Assembly (NCBI GenBank): GCA_002293275.1
Contig: DBCX01000037.1
Location: forward strand, 5,704-50,199
DNA: 44,496 nt
Direction of reading: 5' to 3'
DNA from: Cyanobacteria bacterium UBA947
Lineage (GTDB): Bacteria; Cyanobacteriota; Vampirovibrionia; Gastranaerophilales; Gastranaerophilaceae
Shown here: one piece after another, positions 1 through 7,843 of the stretch
Layout of the letters: each line of letters starts with the position of its first letter
Position numbering within the stretch: position 1 is the first letter of the stretch
Made by a program: the position numbers and the translations under genes
The notes under the pieces: model-generated
Told to the model about the DNA's origin: nothing
Seen by the model: only the letters and a program-made list of their open reading frames with translations
Databases searched by the model: none

Positions 1-3
1 ATT

Positions 4-2082
4 ATGATAAAAGAAAAATTTTTAGACTTCATACAAAGCTCCAAAGTCCAGACGGCGGCGTTCCACATAGGATTTGTTCTTGTGCTGACCGTTATTGTTT
101 CATCGCAAAACTTCTTTTTCCAAAATATTGTTGAAAACGGGATAAGCAAGCGCGATATTCTGGCGCACAAAACAATCAAGGTGGTTGATGTCAAGCGCAC
201 CGAGCAGCACCGCAAAGAAGCTGCCGGCCGCGTGGAAAATATTCTTGTGCCGGCAGAGGACGAGTTTGTCAAAACCAACCTGCAAACACTGCAAAACTCT
301 ATCGTGCAAATCCGCAAAAAAAACGCGGAAAACAATGTGAAGGAAGAAGAACTCGGTGTGCTGCTTGATATTTCAGACGCACAGCAAAAAAGTTTTACGA
401 TAAATTTTCTGCTAAAAACAGACGAGAACAGCCTGAAAGAAACTTTTGGCAAATCCGATATGACGCTGAACAACGTCCTAAGCGGCGGGATAACGGAAAA
501 TGATTATGAAAACAACAATATTGAACAGCTGATATTAGAAAGTCTTGTGCAAAATGTTTCCAAGCCGCAGATTACTGTGATTACGGCGCTTTTGGAGCAG
601 GTTATTGTGCCAAACCTTGTGGTTGACGATTTTGCAACAGAGGTTGCGCGCAAAAACGCCCAGAACTCCGTGCGCGAGTCCGAGGTGGTGTTCCAAGAAG
701 GCGACAAGATTTTGTTTGAGGGCGAACCTGTGACAAGGCTGAAACTTGATGCGCTGCGTCAGGCAGGGTACAACGTTTATGAGCTCAACTGGCAGGGATT
801 GTTTGCGATTACGTTCTTGATTTCAATTTACTGGGGAATGTTTTTGGTCTTTGTCAACCGGTTTTACAAAAAATATTTTGAGGTGAGTTATTTCGGGATT
901 TTTGCGCTTTTGTCAATAATCATGGCGGTTATCGCCGTGCTGCTGCCGACGGGGTTTTCGCCGTACGTGCTGCCGTTTCCGGCGTTTGTCATTATCGCCG
1001 CAATTTTCACCAACCCGCAGATTGCCCTGACGGCGTCTATTTTGCTGCTGCTCATTATGTCAGTCACGTTCCAGTACCAGATGCCGTTTGTGATAACTTT
1101 TGCGATGCTGAATTTTATGTGTGCTATTGCGATGGCGCGGCTGCGCTTTTCAACGCGGTTTGACCTGATTCGTATCGGGTTGTGGATTTCGGCGGCGGGT
1201 TTGGTATCGTACCTGGCCGTGTTCCTGCTGCAAAGATGTCTTATTGATGCCAGTCCTATTCTGCTCTTGCAAAACGGTACTTTCGTGTTCATCAACGGGC
1301 TGATTAGCTCTATTGTTGCGCTCGGTACGCTGCCGTTGATTGAGAGTGTTTTCAAGATAACAACGCCGTACGGGCTTGCAGAGCTTGCCGACCACAACCA
1401 GCCGCTGCTCAAACGGCTGCAGTTTGAAGCGCCGGGGACATACCACCACAGCTTAATGGTGTCTAATTTGGCCGAGGCCGCAGCGGAAGCCGTCGGTGCC
1501 GACCCGATTTTGGCGCGTGTCGGCGCATTCTACCACGATATCGGCAAGTTGAAACGGCCGCTGTTTTTTGTGGAAAACCAGGCGTATTTCGGGATAGAAA
1601 ACCCGCACCAAAAACTCAACCCTCGCGCAAGCAAAATGGTAATCGCCGCGCACCCGAAAGACGGTGCGGAAATCGCAGGTGAACACGGTGTTCCGGCGTT
1701 AATAAAAAACCTTATTTTGCAGCATCACGGCGACAGTCTGGCAGGGTATTTCTTCCATCAGGCGGTGCTTGATGAGGGCGCCGAAAACGTGAAAGAAGAA
1801 GAATTCCGCTACATGGGACCAAAACCGAACACAAAAGAGGCCGGCATTTTGATGATTGCAGATGCGGTTGAATCCGCTGTCCGTGCGGCAAAAAACCCGA
1901 CACCGGAGGAGATTGAGGATATTATTGAGAAGATTGTCTCCGAGCGGCTTGAAGACGGCCAGCTGTCAGACAGCCCGCTGACGCTCAAAGATTTAAAAAC
2001 TATCGGTGCGACTTTCTCACGGATTTTGCGCGGGATGCAGCACAAACGGATTGAATACCATGAAAATCTTGATATCCAATAG
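4..2082 (+). CDS. 7TM-HD membrane phosphohydrolase (HDIG domain; PgpH/YqfF family, candidate cyclic-dinucleotide phosphodiesterase)
   Basis: 692-aa ORF. A block of hydrophobic helices (aa ~265-450) is followed by HD-domain motifs (HHSLMVSNL, FYHDIGK, HHGD). It lies in the conserved yqfF-ybeY-dgkA gene order. Confidence 0.85.
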   Translation: MIKEKFLDFIQSSKVQTAAFHIGFVLVLTVIVSSQNFFFQNIVENGISKRDILAHKTIKVVDVKRTEQHRKEAAGRVENILVPAEDEFVKTNLQTLQNSIVQIRKKNAENNVKEEELGVLLDISDAQQKSFTINFLLKTDENSLKETFGKSDMTLNNVLSGGITENDYENNNIEQLILESLVQNVSKPQITVITALLEQVIVPNLVVDDFATEVARKNAQNSVRESEVVFQEGDKILFEGEPVTRLKLDALRQAGYNVYELNWQGLFAITFLISIYWGMFLVFVNRFYKKYFEVSYFGIFALLSIIMAVIAVLLPTGFSPYVLPFPAFVIIAAIFTNPQIALTASILLLLIMSVTFQYQMPFVITFAMLNFMCAIAMARLRFSTRFDLIRIGLWISAAGLVSYLAVFLLQRCLIDASPILLLQNGTFVFINGLISSIVALGTLPLIESVFKITTPYGLAELADHNQPLLKRLQFEAPGTYHHSLMVSNLAEAAAEAVGADPILARVGAFYHDIGKLKRPLFFVENQAYFGIENPHQKLNPRASKMVIAAHPKDGAEIAGEHGVPALIKNLILQHHGDSLAGYFFHQAVLDEGAENVKEEEFRYMGPKPNTKEAGILMIADAVESAVRAAKNPTPEEIEDIIEKIVSERLEDGQLSDSPLTLKDLKTIGATFSRILRGMQHKRIEYHENLDIQ

Positions 2083-2488
2083 TGGCGAATATAGCGACGA
2101 AGCTGAAAAAATCACGCGGTTTTACCTTGAAAAAATAATTGACACTTCCTGCCTTGCAGGACTGGATTTTGACACAATTGCGTTTGATATTTTTTATTGC
2201 GGCAGCGAACAAATCCGCAGCATCAACCGCGAGCACCGCGGCAAAGACGAGAGTACCGATGTGATTACGTTTGCGCTGTTTGCAGACAGCGAGCCAAAGC
2301 TTGTCACAGACGGCCAAATCAATCTGGGTGAGATTATTATTAACACCGATGAGGAAAACCCGCTGCTTTTGATAACCCATGGGATTTTGCATCTGCTCGG
2401 ATTTGACCACAACACAGATGCGCAGTATAATTTTGTTGTAGGGATGCAAGATGAGGCGATAAGGAAAATAAAAAATGACGAAATTTAA
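2060..2488 (+). CDS. ybeY: Endoribonuclease YbeY (rRNA maturation factor)
   Basis: Zinc-binding motif HGILHLLGFDH. The ATG at 2060 (MKILIS...) is preferred over the track start at 2006. It overlaps the upstream stop by 23 nt, which suggests an operon. Confidence 0.9.
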   Translation: MKILISNSGEYSDEAEKITRFYLEKIIDTSCLAGLDFDTIAFDIFYCGSEQIRSINREHRGKDESTDVITFALFADSEPKLVTDGQINLGEIIINTDEENPLLLITHGILHLLGFDHNTDAQYNFVVGMQDEAIRKIKNDEI

Positions 2489-2852
2489 ATGTCAGGGGTT
2501 TGGAAACACATTCAAGAACGCACGCAAGGGTTTGCGGCTGGCGTTCAAGGCGGAAGACTGCATCAAAATCCACTTTGTTGTCGCGATATTTGTCTTGATT
2601 GCGGCGGTTTGGCTGCAATTCAGCGCGGCAGAGTTTTGCATAATCTTTATGACCATCGCAATGGTCATAATAACGGAAATGGTCAATTCCGCGATAGAGT
2701 TTGCAACCGACGCGGTTTTCAAAAACAAGTATTCAAAGATGGTCGGGATGGCAAAAGATATCGCAGCAGGCGCCGTAATGGTAGCGACATTCACCTCGGT
2801 GGCTGTCGGAATCGCACTGTTTTTGCCAAAACTTTTATCAGTTATTGCTTAA
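2475..2852 (+). CDS. dgkA: Diacylglycerol/undecaprenol kinase (DgkA family)
   Basis: 125-aa protein with three hydrophobic helices and DgkA-like motifs (EMVNSAIE, AKDIAAGAV). Its start overlaps the ybeY 3' end. Confidence 0.85.
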   Translation: MTKFKCQGFGNTFKNARKGLRLAFKAEDCIKIHFVVAIFVLIAAVWLQFSAAEFCIIFMTIAMVIITEMVNSAIEFATDAVFKNKYSKMVGMAKDIAAGAVMVATFTSVAVGIALFLPKLLSVIA

Positions 2853-3041
2853 AACAAGCCTGAATGTGGCAAGATTTTTAATAGAAAGCAGAGCGTGCTT
2901 GTTGTCTTGCTCTTTTGAGATATTAAATATGCGAACAATACGCCGAATTTCTTCCAAATCCTTACGTGATTCAATTTTATAAACGTTGTTGATAGGGTCA
3001 GAAACCACGCCCATAAGCGTATTCAGTTCTTGTTCTTTCAT
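2838..3041 (-). CDS. Small hypothetical protein (67 aa)
   Basis: ORF with an AGAGGA Shine-Dalgarno about 9 nt upstream of the ATG, and a TTGAAA-17-TATAAA promoter-like sequence upstream. AT-rich. No recognisable domain. Confidence 0.4.
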   Translation of the reverse strand: MKEQELNTLMGVVSDPINNVYKIESRKDLEEIRRIVRIFNISKEQDNKHALLSIKNLATFRLVLSNN

Positions 3042-3147
3042 CTAAAATAATCCTCTTTTCTTTTATACTATTATAAAGAGTTTTTTTCAAAATTAATTGC
3101 CTTTTTGTAACATTACTTCACAATGATTAATGGCTGCGGGATTCGGT

Positions 3148-3774
3148 TTAGATTAGTTTCGCGCAGCGTTGATTAATTGGGCATCCGGCGCACAGGGGCT
3201 TAATAGGTTTGCATACATTTTGTCCGTGCGTGACAAGCAGTGTGTTAAAATCAATCCAGTATTTTTGCGGCAGTTTCTCGCGCAGCGCAAACTCGGTCTG
3301 CTCGGGCGTTTTGGTTTTAACGTAACCGAGCCGGTTACAGATACGGTGGACGTGGACATCAACACAAATCGCAGGTATGCCAAACCCGCGCGCCAGCACC
3401 AGATTTGCCGTCTTGCGGCCGACACCGTTGAACTTTATCAGCTCGTCAATCGTGTCCGGCACCGGCCGGGTTGTGAGCGATTTGGAAAGCTCAATAATTT
3501 GCCGCGCCTTGTTTTTGTAAAACCCGACCGGATAAATCGCCTTTGCCAGAACATCTTCACTGACGGCGGCAAGCTCTTTGGGCGTTGTGCCAAGCTCCAT
3601 CATCCGCAAAGCCGCGCCATAGGTGGTTTTGTCGTTTGTGCGCAAGCTCAAAATGCAGCAAACCAGCACCAGATAAGGGTCGTGGCAGTTTTCCATCAGC
3701 AAAACAAAATCGCTCATCGGCTGCTTTGCAGACTTTAAATCTTCAACAACTTTATCAATTGCACAGCCGCTCAA
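3148..3774 (-). CDS. nth: Endonuclease III (DNA glycosylase/AP lyase)
   Basis: HhH-GPD region (LIKFNGVGRKTANLVL) and a C-terminal 4Fe-4S motif Cx6Cx2Cx5C (CKPIKPLCAGCPINQRC). The start is TTG, 6 nt after the lpxK stop. Confidence 0.9.
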   Translation of the reverse strand: MSGCAIDKVVEDLKSAKQPMSDFVLLMENCHDPYLVLVCCILSLRTNDKTTYGAALRMMELGTTPKELAAVSEDVLAKAIYPVGFYKNKARQIIELSKSLTTRPVPDTIDELIKFNGVGRKTANLVLARGFGIPAICVDVHVHRICNRLGYVKTKTPEQTEFALREKLPQKYWIDFNTLLVTHGQNVCKPIKPLCAGCPINQRCAKLI

Positions 3775-3780
3775 TTATAT

Positions 3781-4707
3781 TTACCCCCCCAGCCATGACA
3801 AATCCATAACGGTTTTGAGTTTTAGCGCGTAAATGTTGTCCAAACCGAATTTTTGCAGTTTCACGGCGTCTTTTTCGGTCGTGACAATTGTGCCTTTGAT
3901 GTTTGAGACGTCTTTGAATTCGTAATTGTGGTGGTCGTCAAACGTTACTGTGTGCTTGATTTTAAAGTCTGTGAGCAAATCGTAGAACGAGCCGGGCTGG
4001 CCGATTGCGCAGATTGCGGTGACCGCGCTGCCGGATTTTAACGGAGTGCCGGTTTTGATATTGTAAACGCCGTCCGGCATCATCCGAACGTCCGCTGAGT
4101 CGCCTGTTTTACTGACTTTAAGCAGCTTATCCGCGCGCGCAAGGTTACGCAAATCCTCACGCAGCGGGCCTGCCGGGAGTAGTTTTGCGTTACCGAACAT
4201 CATCCGGCTGTCCGCAAGCACAATATCAACATCTCTGTGGAGCCTGCGGTGCTGAAACCCGTCATCAAGCACAATGTTTTTTACGCCAAGCTGCTCAACC
4301 GCATACCGCGCGGCTTTTACGCGGTCTTTGCAGGTGATAATGACTGCTGACGCAAGATTCTGCGCGAGCCAGAGCGGCTCGTCCGCTGCACCGATTGAGT
4401 CCGGAGTGACAATGTTCAACCCTTTTGCCCATTTGCCTTTGCCGCCGTAGCCTCGCGATATTATGGCGGTTTTTTCACCGAGGTGTTTTGCAATCTCTGC
4501 AACGACAGGCGTTTTGCCCACACCGCCCGTTGTGATATTGCCGACAGACACCACAAACGCATCGACCTTCGCGGGTTTTAAAACCCCGCTGTCGTAGAGC
4601 CAATTTTTGAACCCCGCACCAAAACCGTAAAAAATTGACGCAAAATCCAATATCGGATTGACATCTTTGCTGTAATGCAGTTCGGTGAATTTAGCAAGGC
4701 AGCCCAT
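3781..4707 (-). CDS. lpxK: Tetraacyldisaccharide 4'-kinase (lipid A biosynthesis)
   Basis: 308 aa with the LpxK-type P-loop GNITTGGVGKTP and a family-typical length. Implies an outer membrane/LPS. Confidence 0.85.
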   Translation of the reverse strand: MGCLAKFTELHYSKDVNPILDFASIFYGFGAGFKNWLYDSGVLKPAKVDAFVVSVGNITTGGVGKTPVVAEIAKHLGEKTAIISRGYGGKGKWAKGLNIVTPDSIGAADEPLWLAQNLASAVIITCKDRVKAARYAVEQLGVKNIVLDDGFQHRRLHRDVDIVLADSRMMFGNAKLLPAGPLREDLRNLARADKLLKVSKTGDSADVRMMPDGVYNIKTGTPLKSGSAVTAICAIGQPGSFYDLLTDFKIKHTVTFDDHHNYEFKDVSNIKGTIVTTEKDAVKLQKFGLDNIYALKLKTVMDLSWLGG

Positions 4708-4729
4708 TCATTTACCCCTTTACCCCTCG

Positions 4730-6091
4730 TTAAAACATCAATCTAAATAACAAGAACCGTTTGTTCAGTTTTTCGGAGAATTTGCGCAGGTTGCTTGTCG
4801 TTGCGGCGGTATCGTCCATGATTTTTTGCAGCTCGGTTTTGCACTCCGGTGTCATTTTGTTTACGGTATCAAGCGTTGTTGAAATATCGACCATCGCCGC
4901 GTTCACATTGTTGACCGTTCTTGTCAAATCGGTTTTCAGCTGGTCGTCTTTTGTCAGCGTGGTGACAAACCTGCTTATTTCGCCCATATTGTGCGTGATT
5001 GCGCGGATATCCTCGGCCATTTGCTTGGATTCTTTTTCGTCACCCATAATTTTGTTTATGTTGTTGGTCAATTGCGCAAACGAGTTTGCTGCGCTGCCGG
5101 CATCTTTTTTGAAGTCTTTGTCGGTTACAAGGTTGTTAATATTGGTTGAAAGCTTGTTGAAATCACCTGCGGCTTGCTCGGCTATCTTCATCAGCTGCGC
5201 CAAATCGCCTTTTGAGCTGTCAATAAGCTCGTTGAGCTTGGCCATGGTATCGTTTGTGGTTGTTGTCAGCTCGTTTATGTTGGTGACAGACATTTTTAGC
5301 TCCGCAATGACCTCATCGGAGAGCAGGTCGTTAATTTTGCGGTTGGTCTCGGTAAGGCCCTCGGCGGCTTTGTACTGCCAGTCCAAGAAGTCCGCAATCC
5401 GCATCGGATTAACGATTGTATAAGGCGACGTCTGCGGCGGGTACGGCGGCACAACATCATCAAGCGTTGAAATCTGCAGCTTTGACTTGCCGTTTGCCTT
5501 TACATCCGTGCCCTTCATAAACTCAGGCAGGATAAGCCCCGGCAGGTTAACAATGTAGTCAACCTTGTACGCGTAATTTGTTCCGATAGCATCGCGGATA
5601 TCGTAAGGCACCGCCTCACGCGCGATAACATTGATACTTTTAATCACGCCGACATCATAAAATTTATCATCAAGTTTCATCTGAACCGGGTCGTTTTCGT
5701 ACAGAATATCTTTTGAAACCATCGGCAGATAAAGCGTGCGCAGCTTTGGCGGTGTGATTTCAAGGAACAACTCGCCAATCAGCCCCGATTGCTGGATAGT
5801 AAACATAGATGCCGTCGGGATTTCAATATTGGGTTCTGTGATAACGAACTTGACGTTGACGTGGTTTTTTTCGGCTGAGATGACCGGTGTGATTTCCTCA
5901 ACCTGACCGACTTTAATCCCCATCATCTGAACACCCGCACCTGCGCGCATCCCGTTCACATCGCTAAATTGCACCTCAATCCGTTTGGCAGACGAGAATG
6001 TTCGGCCCTTGACCCGTACAACCACGCCCAGCAAGAGTATTAATGCCAAAAGCGTCAGCAGACCCACTTTAAATGATGGTGAAAATTTCAT
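4730..6091 (-). CDS. MlaD/MCE-domain protein with a long C-terminal helical extension
   Basis: N-terminal TM helix (VGLLTLLALILLLGVVV), an MCE core (VQFSDVNGMRAGAGVQMMGIKVGQVEEI), then about 200 aa of coiled-coil-like N/T/K-rich sequence. The ATG at 6091 (MKFSPS...) is preferred over the TTG at 6109. Confidence 0.75.
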   Translation of the reverse strand: MKFSPSFKVGLLTLLALILLLGVVVRVKGRTFSSAKRIEVQFSDVNGMRAGAGVQMMGIKVGQVEEITPVISAEKNHVNVKFVITEPNIEIPTASMFTIQQSGLIGELFLEITPPKLRTLYLPMVSKDILYENDPVQMKLDDKFYDVGVIKSINVIAREAVPYDIRDAIGTNYAYKVDYIVNLPGLILPEFMKGTDVKANGKSKLQISTLDDVVPPYPPQTSPYTIVNPMRIADFLDWQYKAAEGLTETNRKINDLLSDEVIAELKMSVTNINELTTTTNDTMAKLNELIDSSKGDLAQLMKIAEQAAGDFNKLSTNINNLVTDKDFKKDAGSAANSFAQLTNNINKIMGDEKESKQMAEDIRAITHNMGEISRFVTTLTKDDQLKTDLTRTVNNVNAAMVDISTTLDTVNKMTPECKTELQKIMDDTAATTSNLRKFSEKLNKRFLLFRLMF

Positions 6092-6225
6092 AGAATTATT
6101 GTACCACAAATATTAACGGCAGAACCTGCCTGCGGCGAATGTAACGATTTGTAACCAAACCGCCGGTTTTGTTAAAGTTCGGCAAAACCCATGCCGACAT
6201 GGCTTTCAGAAGGAAGAGGTGGTTT

Positions 6226-7767
6226 ATGGGCTTATCATCAACTCAGGCTCGTTTTTTGCAGTTAACGGGCAGAAAAAGTAATGTTGAATATCAAGGACAA
6301 CAGATTAACCAGTCGCGTGTTGCGCTGGGCAACCAATCGGCAAGCTACTATCAGCAGCTGTACAGTTCAACAGTACCAACCCCGCCATCGGTTGATGAGT
6401 ATACAAAAGTTGTTTACTCGTTCAATGACGGAAGGGTTGATAACGAGATTACGTTTATGCAGGCCAAGCAAAACGGCGAGTATATGGTCAGCTACAAAAC
6501 GTCCGCCAGAGATGATTTCGCTATCGTGAAGGATTCGTCAAACATTGCTACGCGTGTTATGGCGATGGATGAAAATAATGTAAGTTATTATGAAAAGGTT
6601 AACAAACAAAAGGATTACCAATATCTGGCAAACTCGGAGTATCATTCAACGGCATATATGACGCGGATGATGAACCACATTTTGCCGCCGGGTAACTACA
6701 CAACATCTGACGGTCAAAATCTTGTGATATACGCTGCGCTTGACCCGGCCGGCAGCGGAGATATTGATACTCAAGATTGGTCAAAGCATCAGGATTATAT
6801 CCCGCTGCGTGACGTTTATACCCAAATCGCGGCCGACCCGGATTCAACTATTATCCAGCAGCTTATAGATTTGCTCTATGACACGCGGCAGGCAAACCCC
6901 AACAACGTAGACAGAAAAAATACACCGGAAGACACCGAGCTTGTTGACAGGTTCCGCGATATTGTTGAAAACCAGATAGCGCAGTTTTTCACCGAACAGT
7001 TTATGATTGGCAGCAGGCAGCTGCGCACGATGGGCGAAATGCCCGAGGATGAGCTTAGAAACTCCGACCCGTATTTGCGCACCCTGTCAGACGACGAAAT
7101 CGTCGCTATGGTTGAGGAAGAACTTTTGTATCTGGAAAAACTTAACTCGGATGATTTAAAGAACAAATACAACGACGACCGCTACGCTGTGCCGATAGGC
7201 AACCCGGACTGGGACAAGCCGGGCGATGACGGCGGTGACTGGCTTATCCGTTATGTTCAAAACACAAGCACAGGCGCGTGGGAGCCGGAATTCTACAGAG
7301 AGGCCGAATTGCGCGGGATAAGAGATAATTACCGCACATTCTATGACGAAAACAACAACAGCGCCTCCGGGATCAATTTCTACAAAGTCTCCGGTGACAC
7401 AGAAGAAATCCAAGAGATAAAAGGCGTACCGGCACGGCTTGAACACGACGGCACCGGCAGGTACTCAAGCATTACGCTCAACCCCGGTACCGAGTTTGAG
7501 CAGTATTATTCACTCACGACCAACACGGTTAAAGATGAGCTGGCATACGAAAGCGCGATGAACCAGTACAACTTTGACAAGCACTGGTATGATGACATGA
7601 TATCAAGTGTGAACGCCAAGATTAAAAATATTCAGGCGCAGGACAGAAATTTAGAGATAAAACTAAAACAATGCGACACAGAACAACGTGCTATCCAAAC
7701 CGAAATGGAGGCAATAACCAAAATCGTTGAAAAGAACGTGGAATCAACGTTCAAAACATTCGGATAA
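6226..7767 (+). CDS. Hypothetical protein with helical N- and C-terminal segments and a D/N/Y-rich core
   Basis: The ATG at 6226 follows a GGAAGAGGTGG Shine-Dalgarno (the track start at 6169 is TTG). No signal peptide. N-terminus: LSSTQARFLQLTGRKSNVEYQGQQINQSRVAL. C-terminal heptad-like tail: NAKIKNIQAQDRNLEIKLKQCDTEQRAIQTEMEAITKIVEKNVE. Confidence 0.7.
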   Translation: MGLSSTQARFLQLTGRKSNVEYQGQQINQSRVALGNQSASYYQQLYSSTVPTPPSVDEYTKVVYSFNDGRVDNEITFMQAKQNGEYMVSYKTSARDDFAIVKDSSNIATRVMAMDENNVSYYEKVNKQKDYQYLANSEYHSTAYMTRMMNHILPPGNYTTSDGQNLVIYAALDPAGSGDIDTQDWSKHQDYIPLRDVYTQIAADPDSTIIQQLIDLLYDTRQANPNNVDRKNTPEDTELVDRFRDIVENQIAQFFTEQFMIGSRQLRTMGEMPEDELRNSDPYLRTLSDDEIVAMVEEELLYLEKLNSDDLKNKYNDDRYAVPIGNPDWDKPGDDGGDWLIRYVQNTSTGAWEPEFYREAELRGIRDNYRTFYDENNNSASGINFYKVSGDTEEIQEIKGVPARLEHDGTGRYSSITLNPGTEFEQYYSLTTNTVKDELAYESAMNQYNFDKHWYDDMISSVNAKIKNIQAQDRNLEIKLKQCDTEQRAIQTEMEAITKIVEKNVESTFKTFG

Positions 7768-7843
7768 GGAGGTGATAGTTTTTGATAGTTGATATTTTGT
7801 TATACACCTGTTTAGGGCTGGTTGTGTGTTCTATTGTTGAGGC

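Noticed and set aside
2489-2863. 124-aa ORF in an alternative plus-strand frame of dgkA
   Set aside because: It is R/G-rich out-of-frame sequence. The DgkA frame has the family motifs and hydrophobic helices.
4707-4719. 13-nt exact repeat TTCATTTACCCCT, also at 19486-19498, plus several other TTTACCCC-like strings
   Set aside because: On the coding (minus) strand these read as AGGGGTAAATGAA, which is Shine-Dalgarno/stop context or codons for C-terminal Gly. A few identical 12-13-mers are expected by chance among all position pairs in 44.5 kb.
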